The notes beneath the pieces are model-generated. The model made no database searches, was not told where the DNA came from, and saw nothing but the letters and a program-made list of their open reading frames with translations. From contig CAYWID010000004.1 in NCBI GenBank assembly GCA_964458285.1, positions 147,842 through 211,841 of the forward strand: a stretch of DNA of 64,000 bases, given 5' to 3'. The position numbers were made by a program, and so were the translations under genes. The DNA is from an uncultured Subdoligranulum sp. (lineage in GTDB: Bacteria > Bacillota > Clostridia > Oscillospirales > Ruminococcaceae). Below, one piece after another: positions 7,762-17,622 of this stretch; position 1 is the first letter of the stretch; every line of letters starts with the position of its first letter.

Positions 7762-9249
7762 ATGACAAAACAAGCCCGCCCTGCGCGGCGGATGGCCTTC
7801 TGGATGCGCACCTACCTTGCCACGCTGGCGCTGTTTCTGGCCTGCCTGGGCGGGGGCGTGCTGGGCGTTACGGTGTTGAGCCGCAACATGAGCTTTGGCG
7901 CCCGCAGCGAGGAATTTTTGACCCACCAGCATATTCTGCTGCAACAGATGGCCGAGGATATCGCGGCGGTGGCCGCCGACCGCCCCGCGGCGCTCAACGA
8001 GCTGTACACCTTTTACGGCCAGCGGGTGCGCGGGCAGGGGATGCGGCTGGCCGTGTGGCAAAACGGCCTGCTGCGCTACAACGACCAGCCCCGCCTTGCC
8101 GCCCGCCCCGAGCTGGACGCCCTGCGCCCCGGCCAGCGCAGCTGGCAGGTGCGGCGGCTGGACGGGCGGCATATCCTGTTCGCCACCACGGCCTTCACGG
8201 GCGAGCTGACCGGCTACACGGTCAGCTGCTGCGCCGATATTGAGGATTTCTACGCCCAGTGGCGGCGGATGGGCAGCCTGGCGCTGGGGCTGGGCGCGGG
8301 CGTCTGCGCGATGTTTGCGGCGGGGCTGTATCTGGTGCTGCGCCGCATGTACCGCCCGCTGGGCGCCCTTACCGCCACGGCCCGCACCCTGGCCGGGGGC
8401 GATTTTTCGGCCCGCGCCGCCGCCGCCCGGTCCGACGAGCTGGGCGAGCTGGCCCGCACCCTCAACGAGATGGCGGGCCGGGTGGAGCGCCAGGTGGGGG
8501 AGCTGGCCGCCGAGGCCGAGAGCAAGCAGCAGCTGGTGGACAACCTTTCCCATGAGATGCGCACCCCCCTTACGGCCATCGGCGGCTATGCCGAGTATAT
8601 CCAGCGGGCCGATCTGCGCGGGGACGAGCTGGCCGAGGCCGCCGACACCATCCTGTTTGAAAGCCGCCGCCTGCTGGGGCTGTCCAACCAGCTGGTCAAG
8701 CTGTCGGTGCTGACGCACGAAACGCCGGAGTTTTGCCGCCTGCTGCCGGAGGGGCTGCTGCGCCGGGCGGTGCAGACCGTGCTGCCCAAGGCCGAGGGGC
8801 GCGGCGTGGCCGTGGTGCTGGCGCCCGGCGCGCACAACGCCCCCGCCCTGGCGGGCGACGCCGATCTTTTGGAAAGCCTGCTGGTCAACCTGGCCGATAA
8901 CGGCATCAAGGCCTGCGGCGCGGGCGGCTCCGTCACCCTTTCCGCCGCGGCGGAAAAAGACGGCGGCTGCGTTTTTTGCGTGCGGGACACCGGGCAGGGG
9001 ATGGATGCGGCCACCCTGGCGCGCATCGGCCAGCCCTTTTACCGGGCGGACAAGGCCCGCTCCCGCGCCGAGGGGGGCGCCGGGCTGGGGGTGGCGCTCT
9101 GCCGCGCCATCGCGGAGGCCCACGGCGCCGTGCTGCAGTACGCCAGCAGCCCCGGCAGGGGCACGTCCGTCACCCTGCGCTGCCCGCCCTGGCGGGAAAC
9201 GCCCGGGCAGGATTTACCGGCCTGCAACATCCCCGATACAGCGCCATGA
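7762..9249 (+). CDS. HAMP-domain sensor histidine kinase
   Basis: two TM segments, HAMP (DELGELARTLNEM), H-box SHEMRTPL, N-box NLADNG, G-boxes DTGQG and GAGLG. Confidence 0.95.
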   Translation: MTKQARPARRMAFWMRTYLATLALFLACLGGGVLGVTVLSRNMSFGARSEEFLTHQHILLQQMAEDIAAVAADRPAALNELYTFYGQRVRGQGMRLAVWQNGLLRYNDQPRLAARPELDALRPGQRSWQVRRLDGRHILFATTAFTGELTGYTVSCCADIEDFYAQWRRMGSLALGLGAGVCAMFAAGLYLVLRRMYRPLGALTATARTLAGGDFSARAAAARSDELGELARTLNEMAGRVERQVGELAAEAESKQQLVDNLSHEMRTPLTAIGGYAEYIQRADLRGDELAEAADTILFESRRLLGLSNQLVKLSVLTHETPEFCRLLPEGLLRRAVQTVLPKAEGRGVAVVLAPGAHNAPALAGDADLLESLLVNLADNGIKACGAGGSVTLSAAAEKDGGCVFCVRDTGQGMDAATLARIGQPFYRADKARSRAEGGAGLGVALCRAIAEAHGAVLQYASSPGRGTSVTLRCPPWRETPGQDLPACNIPDTAP

Positions 9250-9293
9250 TACGGCGGCCGTATGCTGGGGCGTGCAAAGGAGGCTTGCAAGCC

Positions 9294-10406
9294 ATGAAAC
9301 ATTTTTTGAAAACGCTGGGCATCCCCGCGCTGCTGCTGGCGGCGGCCGTGTGTACCGCCGCGTGCGGCAGCCTGAACGGCCTGGGCGCCAAGCCCACCGT
9401 GGAGGCGGATACGATCCCGGCCAGCGAGGAGAGCGCCGTGGGCGCGGTGACGGCCCGCAGCGCGCAGGACGCGCCCTACCGGAAGGGCCTGGGCTTTACG
9501 GCGGAACCCGCCGCCACCGACCTTGCCCCCCAGGCGGCCGCCAACCGCGCGGCCGCGCTGTACCGGGATGTGGGCGGGGAAAGCGGCAGCCAGCCCTGGC
9601 TGCTCAACTACCTGCCAGCCGGCACGGCGCCGGGGCTGAACGGCGGGCGCTCGGCCTACCTGGCCGCCGTGTACGCGGACGGCAAAAGCATGGACGAAAG
9701 CACCCTCTATTTCGACTGCATCCTGGACGGCATCACCGGCCGCCCCGTGCAGTTTTACGCCAACTGGCCGCTGGCCGACATCTGGCAGGCCCTGGCGCTG
9801 ACCGACGGCCAGAGCCGGCAGCTGGCCGACGGGCAATCCCTCTCCGCGGCGGAATACGCCAATCTGGACGCCGTCTACCAGCCCATGGCCGAGCAGGCCC
9901 GCCACTGGCAAAGCACCCAGATGGACGATTACGCCGCCCTTGTCAAAAGCGCAGTGGGCCTGGCGGACGCGGACTGGCAGCGGGCGGCGCCCGCCCTGCC
10001 CGGCACGGCGCAGGAATACCTGGAAGGGCTGTATGCCGCCGACCGGCCGGGCGCCCCCGCCCGGGCGCTTGCCGTCCCCACCTACCGCGTTGCGCAAAAC
10101 GGGGCGCCCTACGTTCTGGAGATGGGCACCGCCGTTGAAAAGGCCGTCTGGTTCGGCCCCGAGCAAACCGACGACGGCGGCACCTTTTTGGTGGAGGACG
10201 ACGGCAGCTGGAACTACGCGCAGATCCCCCCCATGCCCGAGCAGAAGCCCGGGGACGAGGGCTGGTATGAGCAGGCCGGGGACGGCTCCTGGTACCATGT
10301 GGATCGGAACGGCGTGCCGGACGGCGCCGCGTCCGGCGGCACGCCCGCCACGGCGCAGGCGTCCGCCCCCGCGGCAAACGCACCGCCAGCCGGCTACAAA
10401 ACGTGA
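9294..10406 (+). CDS. lipoprotein of unknown function, third gene of the TCS cluster
   Basis: AAAGGAGG RBS; MKHF + hydrophobic stretch + TAAC lipobox; acidic/aromatic C-terminus. Confidence 0.8.
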   Translation: MKHFLKTLGIPALLLAAAVCTAACGSLNGLGAKPTVEADTIPASEESAVGAVTARSAQDAPYRKGLGFTAEPAATDLAPQAAANRAAALYRDVGGESGSQPWLLNYLPAGTAPGLNGGRSAYLAAVYADGKSMDESTLYFDCILDGITGRPVQFYANWPLADIWQALALTDGQSRQLADGQSLSAAEYANLDAVYQPMAEQARHWQSTQMDDYAALVKSAVGLADADWQRAAPALPGTAQEYLEGLYAADRPGAPARALAVPTYRVAQNGAPYVLEMGTAVEKAVWFGPEQTDDGGTFLVEDDGSWNYAQIPPMPEQKPGDEGWYEQAGDGSWYHVDRNGVPDGAASGGTPATAQASAPAANAPPAGYKT

Positions 10407-10444
10407 AAATCCACCCAAAAATCCCCGGTTTGCGCTTTTGGGGG

Positions 10445-10473
10445 TTGACAAACCCGCGCAATGCGGGTATACT
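10445..10473 (+). promoter_or_regulatory. sigma-A promoter of the trp operon
   Basis: TTGACA-17-TATACT. Confidence 0.88.
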
Positions 10474-10494
10474 GCAAACAATTCAATAAACTAA

Positions 10495-10780
10495 ACCGAT
10501 GAAGCGGAGATAAAAACGGGAAAAGCGCCCTACAGAGAGTCCGGCACAGCTGAGAGCCGGGCGGCGGCAGCCCGTTAAATGGACCGCGGAGGGTGCGGCG
10601 AACGGCCAAAAGGCCCGGTATCCCGCAACGTGGGGGCATACGTCAGTTGCCGCGGATATGTTGGTATCCGGCAGAGGGTGCGGGCGCGTCGGCGCCCGCA
10701 AAACGGGGTGGCACCGCGGATTTGTTTAAATTCGTCCCCGGCAAGGTACGCTGTTACTTTGCCGGGGGCGTTTTCTTTTT
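10495..10780 (+). promoter_or_regulatory. T-box riboswitch (Trp specifier) with intrinsic terminator
   Basis: AGAGA and GCTGAG stem I motifs, TGG specifier at 10580-10582, T-box GGGTGGCACCGCG at 10706-10718, terminator 10733-10780. Confidence 0.92.
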
Positions 10781-10816
10781 ATTTCGTCCCCGGCCCACAA
10801 AAAAGAGGTGCCCGCC

Positions 10817-12304
10817 ATGAAGCAATCCGTCCAGACCCCCACGCTGGAAACCGCCCGCGCCTACGCGCAGGACGGGGCCTTCCAGACCATCCCGCTCAGC
10901 CGGGAGCTGCTGGCCGACCTGCGCACGCCGCTGCAGGTTTTGCAGGCGCTGCAAAACGTCAGCAGCCATGTGTTTATGCTGGAAAGCGTGGAGGACCGCA
11001 CCCGCTGGGGCCGCTACACGTTTTTGGGGTACGACCCCGGGCTGGAGTTGAGCTGCCGGGCGGGCAGGCTCCGGGTGGGCGGCGCCACCCGGATTACCCT
11101 GGACAACGCCGACCCGCGCGCGGCCGTCCGCCAGGTTCTGGCCGAGAACAAAAGCCCCCGCCTGCCGGGGCTGCCCAGCTTTACGGGCGGGCTGGTGGGG
11201 TACTTCGGCTACGACTACATCCGCTACAGCGAGCCCACCCTGGCGCTTACGGCCCGGGACGAGGAGCAGTTCAACGATGTGGATCTGATGCTGTTCGACA
11301 AGATCATCGCGTTCGACCATTTTCGCCAAAAGATCATCCTGATGGCAAACATCCACACAAAGGACCTGGAAACGGAGTACCGGCGCGGGGTGCGCGCCCT
11401 GGACGAGATGGAGGCGCTGGTCCGCCGCGGCCAGCCCCGGCCCATCCCGCCCGCCAGGCTGGAAAGCGCCTTCCGGCCGCTGTTCACCAAGGAGCAGTAC
11501 TGCGCGATGGTGGCGCGGGCCAAGCAGTACATCTACGAGGGCGATATCTTCCAGGTCGTGCTTTCCAACCGGCTGGAAGCCGATTTTTCGGGCAGCCTGC
11601 TGGACCCCTACCGGGTGCTGCGCACGCTGAACCCCTCGCCCTATATGTTCTATTTCAGCTCGGAAGACATCGAGCTGGCGGGCGCCTCGCCCGAGACGCT
11701 GGTCAAGCTGGAAAACGGCGTGGTGCATACCTTTCCGCTGGCAGGCACCCGCCCGCGCGGCAAAACCGACGCGGAGGACAGGGCGCTGGAGGCCGAGCTG
11801 CTGGCCGACGAGAAGGAGGGCGCCGAACACGCGATGCTTGTGGATCTGGGCCGCAACGACATCGGCCGCATCAGCGAGTTTGGCAGCGTGGCGGTGGACC
11901 GGTACCGGAGCGTGGAGCGGTTCTCCCATGTCATGCACATCGGTTCCTCGGTGCGGGGCACCCTGCGGGCCGGGCTTACCGCCGTGGACGCCGTGGACGC
12001 CATCCTGCCCGCGGGCACCCTTTCGGGCGCGCCCAAGCTGCGGGCCTGCCAGATCATCAACGAGCTGGAGGACAACAAGCGGGGCATCTACGGCGGGGCG
12101 GTGGGGTATCTGGATTTTGCGGGCAACCTGGACACCTGCATCGGCATCCGGCTGGCCTTTGCCAAAAACGGGCGGGTGTTCGTCCGCTCGGGCGCGGGCA
12201 TCGTGGCCGACAGCGTGCCGGAAAACGAGTATCAGGAATGTCTGAACAAGGCCGGCGCCGTTCTCAAGGCGCTGGAGCTGGGGCAGGGAGGGCTGGACGA
12301 ATGA
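10817..12304 (+). CDS. trpE: anthranilate synthase component I
   Basis: LESVE, EGDIFQVVLS, NPSPYM, ASPETL, LPAGTLSGAPK motifs. Confidence 0.96.
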   Translation: MKQSVQTPTLETARAYAQDGAFQTIPLSRELLADLRTPLQVLQALQNVSSHVFMLESVEDRTRWGRYTFLGYDPGLELSCRAGRLRVGGATRITLDNADPRAAVRQVLAENKSPRLPGLPSFTGGLVGYFGYDYIRYSEPTLALTARDEEQFNDVDLMLFDKIIAFDHFRQKIILMANIHTKDLETEYRRGVRALDEMEALVRRGQPRPIPPARLESAFRPLFTKEQYCAMVARAKQYIYEGDIFQVVLSNRLEADFSGSLLDPYRVLRTLNPSPYMFYFSSEDIELAGASPETLVKLENGVVHTFPLAGTRPRGKTDAEDRALEAELLADEKEGAEHAMLVDLGRNDIGRISEFGSVAVDRYRSVERFSHVMHIGSSVRGTLRAGLTAVDAVDAILPAGTLSGAPKLRACQIINELEDNKRGIYGGAVGYLDFAGNLDTCIGIRLAFAKNGRVFVRSGAGIVADSVPENEYQECLNKAGAVLKALELGQGGLDE

Positions 12305-13893
12305 TTCTGCTGATCGATAACTACGACAGTTTTTCCTACAATCTTTACCAGATGATCGGCGGGATCTGCCCGGACATCCGGGTTGTGCGCAACGACGAGC
12401 TGACCGTGGAGCAGGTGGAGGCGCTGCACCCCAGCCACATTTTTCTTTCGCCCGGCCCCGGCCGGCCCGCCGATGCGGGCATCTGCGTGGCGCTGGTGCA
12501 AAAGCTGCGGGGCAAGATCCCGATCTTCGGCGTCTGCCTTGGGTTTCAGGCCATCTGCGAGGCCTACGGCGGCGTGGTGGACCACGCGCCCTGCCTGATG
12601 CACGGCAAAACCTCCGAGGTGACGGCCGACCCCCGCTGCACCCTGTTCAAGGGGATGCCGGCGCGTTTTCCGGCGGCGCGGTATCACTCGCTGGCCGCCG
12701 TGGAAGCCACCCTGCCCCCCGCGCTGGCCGTCACGGCCCGCGCCGCGGAGCGGGACGGCAGCCGCACCGTGATGGCCGTCTGCGATGAAGCGGCCCGCGT
12801 GTACGGGGTGCAGTTTCACCCGGAATCCATCCTGACGCCCAACGGCGAAACGATTGTACGGAATTTTTTGGAGGAGGGACACAAAGTGATTCGAGAAGCG
12901 ATCATTCAGCTTACCCAGAAAAAGGACCTCAGCTTTGCGATGGCGGAGCAGGTCATGGACGAGATCATGAGCGGGCAGGCCAGCGAGCTGCAGATCGGCG
13001 CCTACCTGATCGCGCTGAGCATGAAGGGGGAGACGATCGACGAGATCGCGGCCTCGGCCAAGGGGATGCGCAGCCACGCGGTCAAGCTGCTGCACGACAG
13101 GGACGTACTGGAAATTGTGGGCACCGGGGGCGACCATTCCAATTCCTTCAACATTTCCACCACCTCGGCGCTGGTGGTGGCGGCCGCCGGGGTGCCGGTG
13201 GCCAAGCACGGCAACCGCGCGGCGTCCAGCAAATGCGGCGCCGCCGACGTGCTGGAGGCGCTGGGCGTGGATATCACGGTATCGCCGGAAAAAAGCCGCC
13301 AGCTGCTCAACAACAGCAACATCTGCTTTCTGTTCGCCCAAAAATACCACCTGGCCATGAAGTATGTGGCCCCCGTGCGCAAGGAGCTGGCCGTGCGCAC
13401 CATCTTCAACATCCTTGGCCCCCTCTCCAACCCCGCGGGCGCCAACCTGCAGCTGATGGGCGTGTACGACCCCGCGCTGCTGGCGCCGCTGGCCGGGGTG
13501 ATGATGCGGCTGGGCGTGTACAGCGGCATGGTCGTGTACGGGCAGGACGGGCTGGACGAAATCTCGATGAGCGCGCCCACCGACGTCTGCGAGATCAAAG
13601 ACGGCAAAACCGCCTCCTACACCATCACGCCCGAGCAGTTCGGCCTGACCCGCTGCACCCGCGAGGAGCTGGTGGGCGGCACCCCCGCCGAGAACGCGGC
13701 CATCACCCGCGCGATTTTGGAGGGCGAAAAAGGCCCCCGGCGGGACGCGGTGCTGCTCAACTCGGCGGCGGCGCTCCACATTGCCAGGGGCATGACGATG
13801 GAAGAGGGGCTGGCCCTTGCGCGCGAAACGCTGGACAGCGGCAAGGCCCTTGCCAAGCTGGAAGAATTCATCCGCATTTCCAACGAACCGTGA
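12301..13893 (+). CDS. trpGD: fused anthranilate synthase component II (glutamine amidotransferase) / anthranilate phosphoribosyltransferase
   Basis: LIDNYDSF, GVCLG, QFHPES followed in frame, with no stop, by GTGGD, FNIST, KHGNR; internal SD + GTG at 12886. Confidence 0.92.
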   Translation: MILLIDNYDSFSYNLYQMIGGICPDIRVVRNDELTVEQVEALHPSHIFLSPGPGRPADAGICVALVQKLRGKIPIFGVCLGFQAICEAYGGVVDHAPCLMHGKTSEVTADPRCTLFKGMPARFPAARYHSLAAVEATLPPALAVTARAAERDGSRTVMAVCDEAARVYGVQFHPESILTPNGETIVRNFLEEGHKVIREAIIQLTQKKDLSFAMAEQVMDEIMSGQASELQIGAYLIALSMKGETIDEIAASAKGMRSHAVKLLHDRDVLEIVGTGGDHSNSFNISTTSALVVAAAGVPVAKHGNRAASSKCGAADVLEALGVDITVSPEKSRQLLNNSNICFLFAQKYHLAMKYVAPVRKELAVRTIFNILGPLSNPAGANLQLMGVYDPALLAPLAGVMMRLGVYSGMVVYGQDGLDEISMSAPTDVCEIKDGKTASYTITPEQFGLTRCTREELVGGTPAENAAITRAILEGEKGPRRDAVLLNSAAALHIARGMTMEEGLALARETLDSGKALAKLEEFIRISNEP

Positions 13894-13928
13894 CCCCCCT
13901 TTTTTTGCCCAAGACAGGAGAAAACGCG

Positions 13929-14744
13929 ATGATTCTGGAAAAAATCGTGGCCGATACCGTTTGCCGGGTGGCCGCGGCCAAGCAGGCCCTGCCCGCGGCC
14001 GAGGCGGCGCGCCGCGCGCTGGCCCTGCCCGTGCCGGCGGGCTTTCCGTTCCGCGCCGCGCTGGCCCGGCCGGGGCTTCGCTTTATCTGCGAGGTCAAAA
14101 AGGCCTCCCCCAGCAAGGGGGTCATCGACCCGGTGTTTGATTACAAGGCCATCGCCCGCGCCTACCGGGACGCCGGGGCCGACGCCGTCTCGGTGCTGAC
14201 GGAGCCGCATTTCTTTCTGGGCGGGCCGCAGGTCCTGGCCGATATCGCGGCCGAAATTTCCACCCCGCTGCTCCGCAAGGATTTTGTGGTGGACGATTAC
14301 CAGCTCTACGAGGCGCGGCTGCTGGGGGCCTCGGCGGTGCTGCTGATCAGCGAGATCACCGAGGAGGCGACGCTGGGGCGCCGCATTGCGCTGGCGCGGC
14401 GGCTGGGGCTTTCGGCGCTGGTGGAGGCCCACACCGAGCCTGAGATCGCCAAGGCGCTGCGGGCCGGGGCCGACCTTCTGGGGGTCAACAACCGCGACCT
14501 GCGCACCTTTGCGGTCGATTTCTCGGCGGCCGCGCGGCTGCGGGCGCTGGTGCCGCCAGGCGTGCTGTTTGTGGCCGAAAGCGGCGTTGCAAGCCCCGCG
14601 GACGCGGCGGTTCTGCGCCAAGCCGGGGCCGATGCCGCGCTGGTGGGCGAGTACCTGATGCGCGCGCCGGATAAAACCGCCGCGCTGGCCGCCCTGCGCG
14701 CCGCCGCCGCCCCCGCCGCCCCCGCCGCGGGCGGCGCGCCATGA
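13929..14744 (+). CDS. trpC: indole-3-glycerol phosphate synthase
   Basis: EVKKASPSKG, SVLTE, LRKDF, GVNNRDL. Confidence 0.95.
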   Translation: MILEKIVADTVCRVAAAKQALPAAEAARRALALPVPAGFPFRAALARPGLRFICEVKKASPSKGVIDPVFDYKAIARAYRDAGADAVSVLTEPHFFLGGPQVLADIAAEISTPLLRKDFVVDDYQLYEARLLGASAVLLISEITEEATLGRRIALARRLGLSALVEAHTEPEIAKALRAGADLLGVNNRDLRTFAVDFSAAARLRALVPPGVLFVAESGVASPADAAVLRQAGADAALVGEYLMRAPDKTAALAALRAAAAPAAPAAGGAP

Positions 14745-15367
14745 CCCCGCCGCGGGGGCCGGCCCCCAAAATCAAGCTCTGCGGGCTTTCGCGCCCGGCG
14801 GATATCGCGGCCGCCAACCGCCTGCTGCCGGATTACATCGGCTTTGTGTTCGCGCCCGGCAGGCGGCAGGTAAGCCCCGCCCAGGCGGCGGCGCTGCGGC
14901 GGCAGTTAAGCCCCGCCATCCCCGCCGTGGGGGTGTTTGTGGCCGAGCCGCCGGAAGAGATTGCCGCGCTGGCCGCCGCGGGCGCCATCAACGTCATCCA
15001 GCTGCACGGCGCGCCCGATGCCGCCGGGCTTTGCGCGCTGCGGCAGGCCACCGGGCTGCCGGTGTGGCAGGCCGTCCGGGTGACGGACGCCCAAAGCCTG
15101 CTGGCCGCCCGCGCCCTGCCCGCCGACCTGCTGGTGCTGGACGGCGGCGCGGGGGAGGGCCGCGCCTTTGACTGGACGCTGCTCAGGGGCTTTCCCCGCC
15201 CGTACTTTCTGGCCGGCGGGCTGAACGCCGGCAACCTGGCGGCGGCCATCGCGGTGGTGCGGCCCTACGGCGTGGACGTAAGCAGCGGCGCCGAAACAAA
15301 CGGTAAAAAAGACCCCGCCAAAATGGCCGCGCTGGTGGCGCTGGCCCGCGCGGCGGAATATCGCTGA
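14741..15367 (+). CDS. trpF: phosphoribosylanthranilate isomerase
   Basis: KLCGL, QLHG, LAGGL, GVDVSSG. Confidence 0.95.
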   Translation: MTPPRGPAPKIKLCGLSRPADIAAANRLLPDYIGFVFAPGRRQVSPAQAAALRRQLSPAIPAVGVFVAEPPEEIAALAAAGAINVIQLHGAPDAAGLCALRQATGLPVWQAVRVTDAQSLLAARALPADLLVLDGGAGEGRAFDWTLLRGFPRPYFLAGGLNAGNLAAAIAVVRPYGVDVSSGAETNGKKDPAKMAALVALARAAEYR

Positions 15368-15430
15368 ACGGGCGCCGCGCGGCTTTGGCGCGGCCCCCGC
15401 CGATCCATAGGAACAGGAGTGTGAAAAACC

Positions 15431-16615
15431 ATGTCGAAAGGCCGTTTTGGCGTACATGGGGGCCAGTATATCCCCGAAACGCTGATGAATGCCATGCTGG
15501 AACTGGAAACAGCCTACAAAACCTATAAGGACGACCCGGCGTTTCAGGCCGAGCTGACCGCGCTGCTCAACGAGTACGCGGGCAGGCCCAGCCGCCTGTA
15601 TTACGCCGCGCGGATGACCGCCGATCTGGGCGGGGCCAAAATCTACCTCAAGCGGGAGGATCTGAACCACACGGGCGCCCACAAGATCAACAACGTGCTG
15701 GGCCAGATGCTGCTGGCCCGGCGGATGGGCAAGACCCGCGTGATTGCGGAAACGGGCGCCGGGCAGCACGGGGTGGCCACGGCCACCGTGGCCGCCATGA
15801 TGGGGATGGAATGCGAAATTTTTATGGGCCGCAAGGACTGCGAGCGCCAGGCCCTCAACGTTTACCGGATGCGGCTGCTGGGGGCCAGGGTTCACCCCGT
15901 GGATACCGGCACCGCCACCCTCAAGGACGCCGTCTCGGCCACCTTCCGGGAGTGGACGGCCCGCATCGACGATACCCACTATGTGCTGGGCAGCGTGATG
16001 GGGCCGTACCCCTTCCCGGAGATGGTGCGGGATTTTCAGGCCGTCATCGGGCGGGAGATCCGCGCCCAGCTGCAGGAAAAGGAGGGCCGCCTGCCGGACG
16101 CCGTGCTGGCCTGCGTGGGCGGCGGCTCCAACGCCATCGGCGCGTTCTACGATTTTATCCGGGAGCCCTCGGTGCGGCTGATCGGCTGCGAGGCCGCCGG
16201 GCGGGGCATCGATACCGCCGAGACGGCCGCCACCATCAGCACGGGGCGGCTGGGCATCTTCCACGGGATGAAATCCTACTTTTGCCAGGACGGCCAGGGG
16301 CAGATCGCGCCCGTCTACTCCATCTCGGCCGGGCTGGATTACCCGGGCGTCGGGCCTGAGCATGCCTGGCTGCACGATACCCGCCGCGCCGAGTATGTGG
16401 CCGTGACCGACGACGAGGCCGTGGATGCCTTTGAGTATCTTTCCCGCATCGAGGGCATCATCCCGGCCATCGAGAGCGCCCACGCGGTGGCCTACGCCAG
16501 AAAGCTGGCCCCCGCCATGGGCCGGGACAAAATTCTGGTCGTCAACATTTCGGGCCGGGGCGACAAGGACTGCGCCGCCATCGCCCGCTACCGGGGGGAG
16601 GAGCTTTATGAGTAA
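15431..16615 (+). CDS. trpB: tryptophan synthase beta chain
   Basis: [39 protein letters not shown]. Confidence 0.97.
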   Translation: MSKGRFGVHGGQYIPETLMNAMLELETAYKTYKDDPAFQAELTALLNEYAGRPSRLYYAARMTADLGGAKIYLKREDLNHTGAHKINNVLGQMLLARRMGKTRVIAETGAGQHGVATATVAAMMGMECEIFMGRKDCERQALNVYRMRLLGARVHPVDTGTATLKDAVSATFREWTARIDDTHYVLGSVMGPYPFPEMVRDFQAVIGREIRAQLQEKEGRLPDAVLACVGGGSNAIGAFYDFIREPSVRLIGCEAAGRGIDTAETAATISTGRLGIFHGMKSYFCQDGQGQIAPVYSISAGLDYPGVGPEHAWLHDTRRAEYVAVTDDEAVDAFEYLSRIEGIIPAIESAHAVAYARKLAPAMGRDKILVVNISGRGDKDCAAIARYRGEELYE

Positions 16616-17387
16616 CATTGCCAAAGCCTTTGACCATGGCAAGGCGTTCATTCCGTTTGTGACCTGCGGCGACCCAGACCTTGCCACGACCGAGCTGCTG
16701 GTGCCCGCCATGGCCGACGCCGGGGCCGACCTGATCGAGCTGGGCATCCCTTTCTCCGACCCCACGGCCGAGGGGCCCGTCATCCAGGAGGCCGACAACC
16801 GCGCCCTGGCCGCCGGCGCCACCACCGACAAGATTTTTGCGATGGTGCGCCGCCTTCGCGGCGCCGTCGCGGTGCCGATGGTCTTTATGACCTACGCCAA
16901 CGTCGTGTTCTCCTACGGGTCGGAGCGGTTTATCCGCACCTGCGCCGAGATCGGCATCGACGGACTGATTCTGCCCGACATCCCGTTTGAGGAAAAGGGC
17001 GAGTTTGAGGATCTCTGCGAGCGGTACGGGGTCGATCTGATCTCGCTGATCGCCCCCACCAGCCACGAGCGGATCACGCGGATCGCCGCGGCGGCGCACG
17101 GCTTCGTCTACTGCGTTTCCTCGCTGGGGGTCACCGGCACCCGCGCCGAAATCACCACCGACGTGGGCGCCATGGTAAGGCTGGTCAAGGCCGCGCGGGA
17201 CATCCCGTGCGCGGTCGGATTCGGCATTTCCTCCCCGGCGCAGGCGGCGGCCATGGCCGCCGTGTCGGACGGGGCCATCGTGGGCTCGGCCATCGTCAAG
17301 CTCTGCGCCCGCTACGGGCGGGACTGCGTGGCCCCCGTGGCCGATTACGTCCGCCGGATGAAGCAGGCCGTGTCCGGCACCGCGTGA
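16608..17387 (+). CDS. trpA: tryptophan synthase alpha chain
   Basis: [34 protein letters not shown]. Confidence 0.97.
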   Translation: MSNIAKAFDHGKAFIPFVTCGDPDLATTELLVPAMADAGADLIELGIPFSDPTAEGPVIQEADNRALAAGATTDKIFAMVRRLRGAVAVPMVFMTYANVVFSYGSERFIRTCAEIGIDGLILPDIPFEEKGEFEDLCERYGVDLISLIAPTSHERITRIAAAAHGFVYCVSSLGVTGTRAEITTDVGAMVRLVKAARDIPCAVGFGISSPAQAAAMAAVSDGAIVGSAIVKLCARYGRDCVAPVADYVRRMKQAVSGTA

Positions 17388-17420
17388 GCCGCGGCGCCGG
17401 TTCCGCCGCGCAAAAAGCAG

Positions 17421-17459
17421 CGGCGGGCGCCCCCCGGAAAGGGCGCCCGCCGTTTTTTT
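17421..17459 (+). terminator. intrinsic terminator of the trp operon
   Basis: CGGCGGGCGCCC/GGGCGCCCGCCG 12-bp stem + T7. Confidence 0.85.
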
Positions 17460-17480
17460 GCGCGCCGCGGCGCGCAGGCT

Positions 17481-17609
17481 TTACTTTCTGCCGGTAAAAT
17501 ACTGGAGCGCGTACACGGCGCCCACGATCACCCCGATCACGAGAAAGATGCCGACCATGCCGATCAGCATGGCGGGCAGGGTGGTTGTCACCGAAGCGGG
17601 ATACAACAT
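17481..17609 (-). CDS. OadG-like small single-TM subunit (42 aa), absent from the ORF track
   Basis: AAGGAGG RBS overlapping the oadB stop; MLYPASVTTTLPAMLIGMVGIFLVIGVIVGAVYALQYFTGRK. Confidence 0.8.
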   Translation of the reverse strand: MLYPASVTTTLPAMLIGMVGIFLVIGVIVGAVYALQYFTGRK

Positions 17610-17622
17610 GCCAAACGCCTCC

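Noticed and set aside
10579-12300. N-terminal 574 aa of the 1104-aa ORF 10579-13893
   Set aside because: An open off-frame overlapping the T-box and trpE; the real gene starts at ATG 12301.
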